Positions 35,768-49,710 of a stretch of 64,000 nucleotides of DNA are shown here, in pieces. The notes beneath the pieces are model-generated. The model was not told where the DNA came from. It saw only the letters and a list, made by a program, of their open reading frames with translations, and searched no databases. Position numbers and translations under genes: made by a program. Source of the stretch: Hydrolagus affinis (lineage: Eukaryota); assembly GCA_012026655.1 (NCBI GenBank), contig JAAILG010001559.1, positions 1 to 64,000 on the forward strand. Reading direction: 5' to 3'. Positions within the stretch are counted from its first letter, which is position 1; the number at the start of each line of letters is the position of its first letter.

Positions 35768-37985
35768 CGTATTAAATTTGAATGAATTCGAATGAGCTGC
35801 CCAAATTTTTTTTTGATAAATCTGGATTCTTTACATCGCATGAACTTGTCTTGCACCTTCTCTGTATAGTTAGTTACTTCTTCCACCACCCGGTTGTCTA
35901 TCCCACTTGCCCATTTTGTCCTTATGTGAACAAAACATATTTTCCGTTTGCTTTTGTTATCCCATTTTGAAGCTACAAGCACTTGTTTTTGAGTTTTCTA
36001 CACAGCAGAAAGAGTTACCTGCATCTGTTTAGTCTGGCTTTAACTGAGATATCAGTTTATCTGTTGCTGCGTAACTCGCTGACAAGTACACACCACTTTT
36101 CCTAAAAAAAAAACTTTTCTTCATTTTGCTTTTGTAATCAGTATACTGGTCAGTTATTACAGAACTCATTTCTCTGAAGGTTATTTACATTCATATTCCA
36201 CGAGTGTTTGTGGGACATTGCTGTGCGCAATTTGGCTGCCGCGTTTCTCCCACAAATATACAGTCAATTTTCCTACTTTCCTTCCCCCGACTCCTCCCCC
36301 CCCCCCTGCTCTGGTCCCTACCTCTTCTCCCCCCTTTCTTCCCTCTTGTCTTCTCCCTCCCCACCTGCTCTGGTCCCAACCTTGGGACGTTGTTGCATTC
36401 TGTGAAGCGCTTTGAGACGTCAATAAAACGTGGAATATAAATGTAAGGATTATTATTATTATTATTCACTTATTCATTTCTTCCGGGGAATCCGAAGTCA
36501 TTTCATTAGTCAGACCATTATCACCAGTCGCCTATTCCCTGTCCTTCAATTTAAATTAAAAATGGATTTGATATAGTAGTAAAGCTTTCTATGCCGTTAG
36601 ATCAATATTAATTTAGCACACTTTATAGCACCCGTGAAATAAGAATAATAAAGGCTATCTACAATCAGACCAAGAGTAATAAGCTTTATCATAAATATAA
36701 CATTATCGACTTTGGCATTCAGTCTGTAAGCTTACTTACTGATGTATGTATATGAGATGCTATGAGTAATAAGTTGAATAGTGTCATGAGGTCTTGAATG
36801 ATCAGCTTAATAGACCGGACCTTGGTTTAATGTTTTCTCGAAGGATAACATCTCTGACAACGCAGCGCTCATGAGTACTGTCCTGGTGTGTGAGCCTAGG
36901 CTATCAGCTCAAAGACCTGAGGTGCGGTTTGAAACAGAAACTTTCTGACTCAGGAGGGCAAAGGCCAAGTCACGACTTGACTTCCTTCAAGGCACGACCC
37001 CAAACTCTTCTTTTTGATTGTGCCTTCAGCCGCCCTCCTACCCTCATCCCAACCCTGGCAACACACACCCCCACCCCCCCCACCCGCCCCTCTCCCCTCC
37101 GTGCTCGGGTCCTGATCCCTAACTGTTCAGGGCTGTCGGACATCCTCCCCACATGAAAGGCGCTTTACAAATATAATTTTGTTGTTCTGAGTTGAAAGAA
37201 ATTGCACATCAGTAGCGATGGGATGGTCCACAGTCAAGGGAAATGTATTATACATATCTGACGGACTGTGGGTAGTCTTACTGATGATAGTGCTACCCTT
37301 GATTATATACATTTTTAGTGTGGAATTTTTTTTAAATTAAATTTTAAAATCCTCACGCCGGGAGGATGTCTCTGAAGTGCTTGGCGATGATGGTGATGGG
37401 AGCCAAGAGGGGAGGGGAAAGATTTTTTAAAAGCATGGTTAAATAAGTTTATTTTGAGACATGCTTTGAGCCAGAGTAGGGAATGAGGGAGTCAGATCAA
37501 GTGTATTATCTCAGTTTTTTTTAGCAAAATATTGATTAGTGATATTGGATCGGGTTCTGTTCTAGTGATGTAAAAGTTACTCAAACTTCAAGCGGATTTG
37601 AGCATACTTTCTGTTTGTGGCAGGTTTGAGTATTTCAGGTTCCTCTTAATCTCTCTCTCTCTTCCTTCCCGTATTAAATTTGAATGAATTCGAATGAGCT
37701 GCCCAAATTTTGCTGATTACAATAAGCTGCATTATATACCTATATAGATATCTTTTTCCCCAAACCCCATTTCCACGATTGTTTGTGAGACACTGTTGTG
37801 CGCAATTTGGCTGTCACGTTTCTCCCGCAAATATACAGTCAATTTTCCTACTTTTCCTCCCCCAACTATGATCCCTCCCTCCCCTGCTCTGGTCCCTACC
37901 TTGGGACGTTGTTGTATTCCTTGAAGCGCTTTGAGACGTCGATAAGACTTGGAAAGCGCTATATAAATGTAAGGATTAGTTATTT
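35768..37985. repeat. Local duplication: identical 42-mer plus a SINE carrying the same unusual insert
   Basis: CGTATTAAATTTGAATGAATTCGAATGAGCTGCCCAAATTTT at 35768 and 37670. Both downstream SINEs contain AATTTTCCTACTTT...CCTGCTCTGGTCCC.ACCTTGGGACGTTGTTG. Confidence 0.85.
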
Positions 37986-39942
37986 ATTATATTATTACAT
38001 TATTATTTATTATGGATATATAGTGTGCGTTACACAATATTAGACAGTGTGAGGAGATGCTGTTGCTCTTTAGATATTTGTTAGTTTTATTTGTACAGCA
38101 GATGTGGCCAACAAGCAGCGAGTGGAAAATGTTGTTATTTCAGGAACACAAAATTTATTTCACGTCCGTGAGGTGCTTGCACCTTGGGGAGTTTGCACTT
38201 CTGTCTAGGGCTGAGCAGCATCTCCTGAATCCCAAGTAAAGCATATTCTCCCGAATCAGTCTCCTCCAAGGCTGCTCCGGCGCGATTCACAAACCTGACC
38301 TCTGCCGTGTGCTTTACCTTTGATGTTGAATTGCCGACAAATCCACTGCTAATCGTGCAGTATAAACCTGGACTGGTACCAGTTAAGTCTTTACTTTGCT
38401 CTGTCTGCTTATCTGTGTAAAATTGGATTCTTTACTTTTCCTCGAAATTCTTGGGGCTCCAGCCATCTTTTAATTTAGACCTGTATTTCTGGGGTGAGCC
38501 GGAGAATGAGAGTGGAGCGGAAGAGTCTTGTATAAAGAGCACGGTGCATTCTTTTGCTGTATAATTGAGGTTGTTTGCCGTTCGGACTTGTTGCCGTCAG
38601 TGATATTTTGTGATAACTTAAAGATTCAAGACCGGCTCTTGTTAAGAATCTGCTTTATGATCAACCACATGAAGGTAAATTATTTGAAGCTGCTGCGCTT
38701 CATGACTTTCAGTAAAGAATTATCTCTTTACTCCTTTTTTCTCCCCGCTCCACAGACCCTTGATCCCACTAAATAATAATAATCCTAGTGATATAGCACT
38801 TTATAATGTCTTTCATGTCTCAAAACCGCTTCACGGAACACACTGATTGGAAACATAAGGTTGAGAGTGATAGGCGATCTTCCCGGTGAACTATATGCAT
38901 GAATTCTTTGCAGTTATAATATCTGATCATATCTGGATAATTCCCTTTGCCATTGAGTGTGTAAAGTGTTGCTCTCCATCCTTCTGAGCGCCTTTAAAAA
39001 AAAAAAAAAATCTCTGGATATTCTGCAGTTGTTTACACTCCAGCAGTTACCCGCAACATACATCTTGGGGTCCTGAAGCCTTGGCTCCTGCCAACCTACA
39101 TCCCATGCTTTCCAGAATTAGGTAACCGGGGCGAGAGTGGGCATTCCAACAATCTTTCTCTAGAATTTCCATGGAATTTACAGCTTGCTTGCGATTCTCT
39201 TAAATATGGTGAAGGGTTTCTGCATTTGTCGGACTCCCACCCCCCCCCACCCCCCCCCCCCCACACCCCCAAAAAATTCCAATTGTTTCATTTTCAAAAC
39301 GTATTTTGTTTCTGCAAAGATTTAAAAGTGGGAAGGAAGTTAGTCTTCAAAATCTATCCTTTGCCTTTGCCAGTCAGAGAGACAGAAGCTGGAGACGTGG
39401 AATCAACACTAGGCACATAAAATGCACCACATTGTTGCTGTTGCGGGTTTGGGAGCTACAACTTTGATGCAGATCAGAAGCTCAGCAGTGGGGTAGGTCA
39501 GACATCTTAAGCGATAAGGAAATAGAGAAAGAAACAAAGGGTTTAGAGGAATTGTAACTACATTGTCACAAGCTGGTCTGTCACTTTCTTTTTCGAGCTT
39601 GAGAGTAGAGGATAATCTTTCCCAGGCTGTTTGATGAGTAGGATTTACCAGCCCTGATTTCAAGCTGCGGCTTGAAATGTTCAGATACAGGCACGAGATT
39701 CCCCCTTTCTGCCCCCTCTGCTCGCGTTGAATTCTTCCATGTTGTCTGTCTGTTTCACTGACTGTTTGGTGCAAAGTAGCAAGTTGGGTCATTTTTAGGA
39801 TCTGTTTAGCTTTCAGTTAATATGGTGCATACACCCATTTCCCAATTGTGCAAGCCGCAATTTCATCGTGAATGTGCGCGGCATATTCTGCTTACATTAA
39901 ACTTTCGACCGATGTTTAAAACTTGAACTTGATAATGTGCAT

Positions 39943-40749
39943 TAGGCTGAAGGACAAGTTAATTCTATTGATCTGCGCCTTATAAAAGAGCAACTAAAAG
40001 GATGATTGACTTAATTACATCATCTTGAATCGGTAGAAAAAGGATTTTCTTTCCTCTTAGTTCTGCGCTGTGAAGAAGTCCCAGAAGTAAAGAGGGTGTG
40101 AAATGGATCTGAAGCTGAAGTGAAGGTTATATACAGGCCTCTTTACCATGGAATCATTTCATTGGATTGTGCAGAATTCTTTTATATGTGGTTACTTTTA
40201 GAAGTGGTCACGGCTGACATTGTGTTTTTAGGCCATTTCTCTTTCACTCTTTAGGTTTCCATGGTTGACAGAATCTATCACCGTGTGACCTATTTTGCAT
40301 GGTGCATAATAGGAGCGAATTGAGGGAAATCCAAAACGTACGGAAAATTATGGAATCGTTATTATTACTGATCCAAATGATTGGTTAATTTTATGTTATG
40401 AATTTCTTTTCAGCAACTCATTCACTGAATGAAATCATTCGGGGAATGGGGCTTGTAACTGCTTCTGCACAGTGTTTGCACACAGGGCATAATGTACGTC
40501 CATTAACACATGGCGCCTAGCAGACCCCACACGAGAGACCCTATGTGCCAACGTGAGAGTACCGCCATTATCAGGAATAGCACTATTTTCAAAAATCGCC
40601 CCCAAAGATGACAGTGAAAACTTCACCATTTTAATTACAGAGTTATGAGTGTAGATTTCTAGTCTGAGGGACAAGTTAATTCTATTGATCCACTCATTAT
40701 AAAAGAGCAACTAAATGGATGATTGACTTAATTACGCTATCTTGAATCG
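39943..40749. repeat. Pair of 90-bp direct repeats (39943-40032 and 40660-40749)
   Basis: 80/90 identical, ungapped, by manual alignment. Confidence 0.9.
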
Positions 40750-41196
40750 TCAGCTCATTGGTTATCTCACCCACCTCTCAAGCAAGAGACGTGGGTTCAA
40801 TTCCCGCACAGGGCGAAACTTTGCGAAAGTTTTCTTACTCCACATGACTCAGTTTACCGAGCCAGCAAGTAGGAACCCAGTTGTTAGTCGATCGGCGGAT
40901 CGCTTTTCTGCGGGTAATGATTCCTTTAAAAAAAAATTACTCACATCCAGTGCTTGTGGGACACTGCCTCTGTGCAATTGTCTGATGCGTTTCACCCACA
41001 AACTACACAGTCAATTCACTTTACACTTGCATTTTTCAGCGTATTGGGACATTTTTCAGCATAATAGATCCTCCCGACGTGAAAGGCGCTATACAAATGT
41101 CATTTTGTTGTTGTTTACAGCATATTCTGTGAAGCTCTTTGAGACATTTCAAAGACGTGATAATCAAACGCAAGGATTATTATTATTATTATTATA
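40750..41196 (+). mobile_element. SINE, long-body variant, with nested L2 3' tail (about 41045-41115)
   Basis: Head, body and Deu part, interrupted by CTCCCGACGTGAAAGGCGCTATACAAATG(TTG)n; the SINE tail then resumes. Confidence 0.8.
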
Positions 41197-44100
41197 ACTG
41201 CTTGTTAATCACTACCAACCCACACAAACTCCGCTCTGAAAGTAGATTCTGTTTGAATGAAGATGCAGGTGTAACGTACATCTGAGTTCCTTATTGAGAA
41301 GCGGTGTGTAAAACCACAAACTGTTCAACCCCAATATTGGCTTTTTTTATTTATGTTTTTAACAGCCAATCAACTAACGTATATGTTATAATGAATATCA
41401 GTTCTGTTGGCCTTTCGGAATAACCAAGATAAAGTGCCGAACCTGCTTAAGAATTTTAGAAATAATGACTGATCATACGGTATTTCCGAAGGTTACGGAG
41501 TCAGGAATTCTGGAAAGTTTGTGCTGAATTGGAAATTTCAGAATTAAACTTTATGAATAGATTCTACAAATTGCATATCCAGCTAGTTTGTGATTATTTA
41601 AGGTACGAGGCTGGCTGTTAAATCTGCGTGTATCATCAGTCGATTGAATTGTGTTCTCATGATTCATAACGCCTGATTTCCTTTCTCAAAGGTGCAAGGC
41701 CATGTATCGGTTCAGGCTAAAGGGCTAAGTAGCACCAAGAGTCTGAAATAGATTCCTGTTTCTCTAGAGGACTGTGTAAGTAAGTGCTGGACATAATCAC
41801 TCACAGTTTCACTGAAAGAACAGGCAATGTTCCAGGATCTTGAAATTATTAGTCGGCTGTTCGACTCAGACTAGTGCACTTAGCAACCAACCAGGGAGCA
41901 CACACTGTGTCGATGGAAGCTCCCACTTGCAGAGACCGTTTTCTTTTTCCAGCAGTAATGCATGTGCATGTAACCTACAGTAAGTACAATTTAATTTCTA
42001 TTACAGTACAATGGTTTGCATTTCATTTTGCTTTGTAATCATAATAATTCTTAAATTTAATCTAACACTTTTTCCTATCTTTGATATATCTCAAAGCGCT
42101 TTACAGAATACACTGTGAAGTGGAGTGACTGTGCATTTTGTGGGCGAAACGTAGAAGCCACAATTGTGTCCAGCAGTTGTCCCAGTGTTGGATTGAGCGA
42201 ACAAATCATTATTTTTAAAATATATATTTTGAGGGGATTATTACCTCCTGGAAAAGCAGTGTCTTGTTTGCGTTAGTCTGTAATAATCAGTGTCATTGCT
42301 GAAAGCAAGCGCACGGTGATTTCAACTCCCATGTTTGTCACAGCCATAAGGGGTAGAGCGGGTCTGGGGCGGACAGGCGTTGCGAAACTCGCTAACGCTT
42401 TGTGTGCAATGAATGAAATGTGATTCATCCATAAATTTATCATTATGCCTTACTTGGGGGATGTTTACCATATCACGCTCAGATATCTTCTGTTTGGACC
42501 ATTCTTGCATGGAAATTAAATTGGTTTTGACAAGGTTAAAGTGAAATGCCAATCTGGTTTGGCACTGCAGAAGAATCTGGAGGATTTTCTCATTTCTAAA
42601 GCTCTTCTTCTCTGCCGTGGTCTCACTTTCTCCACACCAATCACACTGACAAATCCTTTGGGCTGCGCACAGCTGGCTATTCCTTGCACGATGTGCTGAG
42701 CAGATTCCTATCCCAGAATCCTGTCTTTTCCTTACTTTGGTGAATTTGAAATTGGAAGAAGGTCTTGAACTGATTGATACACAGAGAATAACACGCAGCA
42801 ACTTTGCAGCCAGTCAGCATTTACTAACACCTGGTAGCGTGACTGCAGATGACCAATTGCATTAGCTGCTCATCTATTAGAGCTCTCCAAATAACTTGTG
42901 ATTTGCAACCTTATATTGCGTAGCTCTGCTGTCTCATGTAATCAGCTTTACAGTTGAAAAGACTGGATAAAGGTTGAGGCTTCCTGTGTGATGATGTGTG
43001 CCTCAGAGAATAAGTGTCCTTACATGCTTTTTCCCTTAGAGCAGTCTGGGGGGATTTTGAGAAAGGGACAAAAGAGACTGAAACGTTCCCTTTGGAACTG
43101 AATTTTCCTGTTTGCAGTTTGGGATCAACATCTCTCGGTAAAGACTGTCCCCGAGGAAGCTTAAATCGTCTCCCATTTTGAGAAAGAACACATTACCGTT
43201 GAAGATTTCTGCACTTGTGAATTGATCTAATTTGAAGCTGAACTGAGGCGCGGTGTGTTTTATTCAGAGTGTACGGGATTCAAAATAAATAAATGCTGGA
43301 CTTGAACTGAAAGGCTGAATTGGTGATTGAGTAATAATAATTACTGCGTTTGATATTGCGCCTCATCACGTCTTCAAGAGTCTCAAGGCACTTCACAGCG
43401 TGCATGTAAAGTGAACGGACTATATTTTATGTGGGTGAAAAGTGGCAGCCAACTGTGCACAACAGTGTTCCCCACAAATATTCGTGGACTAAGTGACACA
43501 ATTATTATTTTAATTTTTTTTTATGGGAATCAAAAACAAAGTGTTCCATCAATTGACAACCACTTTAAGCGCTCTGAGACGCCGTCCGGCGAGGAGGGCG
43601 CTATATAAATTGATGTTGCTGTATGTTCCTACTCACTGCAAGGTAAACAGAGGCGTGTGTGGAGTAAGGAAACTTGCCCAATGTTTTGCGCTGGGAATCA
43701 AAACCATGTCCTCTTTCTTGCGAGGCTAGTACAGTACTCTAACCACTAAGTTACTAAGCTGAATAAATAGCTGTTTGAGAAAAGATGGTCTGACTATTGC
43801 CCACTGATTTATGTCCGTGAATAAAGGAACAGAAACTGGCCAGGAACAAAACACGTTTAATTAATCTATTCATTATAAATCGTAAGAACTCGTTTGCCCA
43901 GTTTAATAAAACTAATATTAAATTCCTGTTTCAGTTACAGCAGAAAATGATTACCTGGGAGGTTACAGGAGTGTGTTTTGAATGTGCAATTCTCATTACG
44001 CACTCATTGCTTCTGTAACACGCAGTTCAATCCTCTAGCCCTTCAGTGCAGTCAATGACTCTCATACCTATGTTATTACAATGCTGCAGAGAAATACAGA

Positions 44101-45332
44101 TGCACGGCTCTTAACAATGCACCAGATATCCAAGCACTTGTCTGAGAATATAACCACAGCTGAGAAATAGTCACATCTAATGCCAGGAAACATTTCGCCA
44201 TCTACTTAACAACGAGGTTTGGAATGACGATTGATGAGATCAAGCATTGATAAAAAAAAATTTGAGAGAAGATATTGAGTTTCAGCAGAATGTAGGAAGA
44301 GATACTTTAAATCCTTGGTACGGGCTTTCCTGACCCTTGAATGTTGTAAGGCAGTTGATCTGCTCTGTCATCGCCTCTCCCATGTTACACTCGCGTCCAA
44401 GAAATCCGAATGCAATGAATTTGTACTGATTTGGGGTGTGGAGATGTCTCGTAACTTAATTTTGAATTGTTTACTTATTGGGGCTGGGCTTGGAATCAGG
44501 ATCCCAGCGAGCCTGAGGTTGGCAGAATGGGAATCCTGTTTTAAAATGAACATGTTGTAGTTTCTGCCCCAACTTCAAGCTAGTCTTAGCCTGTAAAACA
44601 TTTTTGTCTTAAAATGTAAGATTGTGAAGAAATACGGACAATTCTTGAATTAAACTTCATTTGCAGGGAGTTTCTCTACCTTGTGATCCCCGCATTTACA
44701 GTCCAGGAATTTTCCACAATACTGGTATCCCCCGATTTACGACTTTTCTGTTTACATGATTTCGATTTAACAAATGTAATTTTTTAACACTTTTTTATCG
44801 ACGTACAATGTTTTATTTCATTCTTAGGAATCTTAAATCTTACGACAAAACGGTCTTGCAGGCTAAGACTCTATGGAATTTCAGGCCTCGGAACCTCAGC
44901 GCCTCGGGACGTCCTCCCGACGTGATAGGCGCTCTATAAATGTAATTTTGTTGTTGTTGTTAGATTGCCAGTGCCTTAGGCTTCCAATGTGAAAGGCGCT
45001 GTACAAATGGAATTTTATTGTTGTTGAAGGATGGAGGCATTCTGAATTGTTTAGATGAAGGTTGTGTGTGTAAATTTTGTTTGTAGCTTCAGCAATGATT
45101 TGCTGTGTTCCCAGGCACTGCAGATGTTGCTGTAAATAATTGAATTCCTGTTGACTGGTGCAGTAAAATCCTACAGAGAGAAATCAATCTGAGGCGATGC
45201 AGAAGTAGAGCTGTGAATGGTGTGTCGGTGTTTCTGATACTACAGCAGCTATTGTGTGCTGCTCTGGGTCCCTCCTTGCTTACTACCAAAGTTTTATTTT
45301 ATTTTCATTTAAAATTAACACTCCTATTCCTA

Positions 45333-46030
45333 TAGTTTAGTGGTTAGAGAACTCGCCTCGCGAACGAGAGGATCTGGGTTTGAATCCCAGGCAGGGCGAA
45401 ACATTAGGCAAGTTTCCTTACTCCACGTGACTGTGTTTACCTAGAAACCCAATTGTTAGTTGATTAGCAAATCATTTTTCCAGGGGTCCTAATCCCATTA
45501 AAAAAAAATACAGTAGAAGTCCATTTATTCGTGACCCGATTAACCGGATTGCTCGACCCCCCCCCCTCCCAGGACAATTCCCAATTCCAGCAATCGCGAG
45601 TCTGCTCAATTTGCGCGCAATGCGCGCCCATGCGCACTTATCAAACTTACGAACTTGGAGGGATTTTTTTTCCCGAATGTGCTGAAATCTTTATTGGTAA
45701 GTAGCTATACATTATTCAGTTATTATTTAGTATATTATTAATATGGTATGTTTTAAACTAAGTACATTTTTGGGGTTGGGTTTTCGGCAACTTGCCGCCC
45801 CATTAAACGGCAGAGTCAATTAGTCGACCCACCCCCCCGAGCATGCGAGATAAACGAGCTTCTGCTGTAATTTGGTCACTCAATTCAAGACTGTGTGCAG
45901 GACTCGATCGCGCGCAATTGGCTGCCATGTTTTGCCCACAAATTAAGCAGTAAATTCACTATACAGATTGTTCTGTGAAGCGCTTTGAAGACGTGATAAA
46001 TTGCTATATCAAATGCAAGGATTATTATTA
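45333..46030 (+). mobile_element. SINE interrupted by a MITE
   Basis: Head and body to 45510, Deu part and tail from 45868. Confidence 0.8.
45511..45867. mobile_element. Tigger-like MITE nested in a SINE
   Basis: CAGTAGAAGTCCATTTATT...ATAAACGAGCTTCTGCTG TIRs with TA flanks; interior is the reverse-complement match of about 34340-34430. Confidence 0.75.
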
Positions 46031-48739
46031 TGTCCTAGGTTTACTTTCCCAAACTTATTATTATTATTATTATTGGCTGCCGCGTTTCGCCCACAGATAT
46101 ACGGTCAATTCACTTTACAGCATATTCTGTGAAGCACGTTGAAGACGTGAAAAGCGCTATATCAAATGCAAGTGCTATATCAAATGATTATTATTATAAT
46201 TGCTTCAAATCTTGAATACCTACATGGTCTTGTCTGAGATAATAATAATAATCATTTGATATTGCGTTTTCATGACTTCTAGTTGCTGTTCTTTGCAGCA
46301 ACAATAACTACTTATATATAGATAGTGGTCTTAATGTAGTGCCTTTATATAGTGCCCTCAGTGCCTTGGGACTCCCTCCCGGCGTGAAAGGTGCTCTATA
46401 AATGTAATTTGTTTTGTTATTTGCTGCACAGCTTGTCGTATGGTGTCTGTATGTCTGAACTCAATTGGCAGGTTGGGATTGGGGTCCATTGATGGCCTCT
46501 GTGGTTGAATATCTTACCAACGCTCAAGAGTCAGACAAGTGTAATAATCAGTTTTGTTGTATAATGGATGGCAACTAACGCCCGTGGATTCACATCCCAG
46601 TAAAAGGACACAAAAGTCAAACGCCTTCAGAGAGGAGAAATGGAGGAGATCAGAGGGGGAAAGAAAAAAACACTTTGTCAGCTGCAGAATAGTCAGAAAC
46701 CGAAGCAAAATGAATGTACTAGAGGTTATGTTTTGCGCGTGTGTATTTTTATTGCGTTCAATGTATTTTTTAGTTGTCAGAAGCCATTTCCAAACTGCTA
46801 GTCATGCAGATTTCCGGTGTTGAGCTGCATCAACTATTATTAATGCCAACCTGTCATTTCAGGGCTTGGACCTTGAAATGTGCAACTTCTCTGTACATTT
46901 GTGTAAGCTGATCTAAGGGAAATCCAGAGTACTTTTAATAGGACACAATGGGGGTTACACAGTGCAGCTTGTACGTGTTTATTTTGTGTAGCGCCAATAC
47001 ATACAATTAATGACTAACTGAACAAAAAGATTTTCCTGCGTTCAGTTTTTCTGTTCTACGAATTGATCTATCAAACCAATCAATCAATCAATTAAAATCT
47101 AGCAATATTAGTGCAGTGATGATAAACAGGCAAACAGAATCTCAGTTTAATGAAGCATTCAAAGTATGACAATTCTAGCAACCGCCAGAATGTACTGTAA
47201 TGTAATGTCAGCGTAGACTTCCAGCTGAAGTCCTGGCTGAACCTTCTGACATGGAGAGGCAAGAGTGCTACCAATGGATCTATGTTACATCTATGTTACG
47301 ACCCTATGTTAGTGACCCTAGTCACTTCTGTTTTTTGGACTAAATTTCTCAGATATTGTTCAGATTTGTGTTTTTATATCCAGTGTTATGCGCAGTAGAA
47401 TTGGTCAAATGTTAATACCTTCTGCCAACAGGTCGAGTGGCTTTAAACAAAGCACTTGTATTTTTATCGCCCTTTATCTGGGTTCGAAAATTCTCTCGAG
47501 TGCTTCATAGTAATAATTACCGTCGATCACAGTCACTGGCTTTGTCTCGGAGCAAAGCTGTTGTTGATATGCACGCGTTTCATGTCATTTTTATTTGCGG
47601 ACTTGCGCACGGCTGAAACTGTTGTGTTACAAAAGAAAGGAGGACAGTGGAAGAAGATAGTGTTGTGCTCAAGGTATTTGGTGTCGCTTTGTGCTTGTGG
47701 GATTATTGAGGGTCAGTTCTGACGGAATTGTTAATCCACGCTGCAGCTAATTCACTACTTTGGAACACAAGTCATCATTTCAAGTCTGCGGCTCTCCTTT
47801 GGCACCTCCTACAGGCCATCCTGATCATAGCTGGATCACATATGGTGCTGCAGAGGGGTTTTTGGCACCACCGTTACCTGAACTGCCATAAATACAAGTA
47901 TGTATTGCATGCATTATTACTATTGGAGACTGCTGGTGAGCTAAGGATAGGAAATGAATTGAAGTTTAATAAGTGCTGCTCGCTGTAGGTTGTTTTGTGT
48001 GTCAGTTTGCTGGCGTTGTGATGTAAATTCGTATCACAGCTCTCTATTGAGACACTGTTTAGCTATACCTTGCTAGAATCAAGAGCAATTGTGCTTAAAT
48101 CTCTTTAAATTGATCCACATTATCTCTTGTGCTGTATGTTGCAGCATGCCCACTGATCATATATTATCGCAAGACATCGGTGGCTTTGCTGACAGCACTG
48201 AGGAACCTGGCAGATTTGACATGACTTACTCTGCAAGTTCCTGGCAAATACTGCAGTGCAGAGGCTGGCACTGTTAGCTCAGCAGCCATAACACTGAGCT
48301 GATGACAGAAACTCTTGCAGCAAGATTTGTACTGTTGGATTATTTCAGGCTGTTTGTGTGGTGCCTGGGAGCTTGTGTGATCCTTGGTCGTTTAATCTAA
48401 TAGTCTTTTCTATTAATTTTTTGTTCTTAACGATAGGTTTGAATGTGGTCTAACCGTTTCCTTCCTGGTGCTGGGTTTCAGTGCCAAGTTGCACTTTGTC
48501 AGAGCAGGAAGGGGAACTTGCCACATATTCTTTGCCGAAGAGTTTTTGGTGTATTATATATTTCACTTCACTTTGCCTCACGTCTTTCGCCATCTTACTC
48601 AAACAAAGAGAAATACCATCTGGTTCTGATACCGGGGTCGGAGCCGAGTCAAGCTGATCGTTACCGAGACAGGTGATGAGATACTGCTGTCAGCTTCAGC
48701 ACGTTCGGGAGAGGAGAAGCAGCCAAGTCCTGCTCCTCA

Positions 48740-49020
48740 GCAGTGTTGGAATGCGCTATTCTCTGCTCCATACTGTTGTTGAGGCAGAGTCCATCAGTTC
48801 TTTTCAAAGCAAATTAGATAGACACCTGAACTGGAGGACTAGACGTCTAGAAGACATCAAAAGCACTATATCAAATGCAAGATTATATTATTATTGTAAA
48901 AGGACGTGGTGAGCAGGTAGAAAGTGGAATTAGACAGGGTGGGTGGCTCATGTGGAGAAAAAGTGGCTGATTGCAGTATTGTTAGGTTCAGTGGCATGTT
49001 TCTGCGCTGCAACATTCTGG
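48740..49020 (+). mobile_element. CR1 3' end interrupted by a SINE tail
   Basis: VVEAESISSFQSKLDRHL, followed by an AGACGTCTAGAAGAC...AAATGCAAGATTAT insertion. Confidence 0.7.
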
Positions 49021-49459
49021 GATTTCATTTAACAGCCGACCACGTGTAGAGAGGTAATTTCTGTCCCGCATCTACTAATAATAATCGTTGCATTTGATAT
49101 AGCGCCATATAATGTCTTCAAACCGTCTCAAAGCGTTTCACGGAATATACTGTAACTGCTTATTTATTCATCATGTCATCGGTTGTTCATTTCTGAGGTG
49201 TTAACACGTCTTCTTGCTCAGAATATCTCTACACCTCATCATCTATTTCAGGTGCGCGTTTGGTCACATTGGCATCAAGTCTCTCTTTGCTACTGAAACT
49301 CCTCAGCCCTGATAGCTTATAACCAATGTAGCCATAGTTGTTTGGCAGTGAAGACGATGGTTGCACTAAGTAGTCGCGATGATGTACGCCTTTCATTTTA
49401 AACTGCATCTTTATGCTAAAACTGCCTGTTAATTAACTGCAATATCATACGTTGATACG

Positions 49460-49710
49460 GATAATAATAATATTTGATTATAGCGCTTTTCGCGTCTTCT
49501 GTGTGTCTCAAAGCGCCTTCACAGAATATATTGTAAAGTGAATTGACTGTATATTTGTGGGCGAAACGTGGCAGCCGACTGCGCACCGCAGTGTCTCACA
49601 AACAGTCGTGGACTGAATTTCCAATTTTATTATTGTGGTTTTTTTTCGGATGGATTATCATTAGGTGTGTGGAGTAAGGAAACTTGCCCAAGGTTTGGCC
49701 CTGACCTGAT
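49460..49710 (-). mobile_element. SINE
   Basis: Reverse complement of tail, Deu part and body. Confidence 0.85.

Noticed and set aside
42322-42801. 159-aa minus-strand ORF
   Set aside because: Non-ATG start, no recognisable homology or exon structure.
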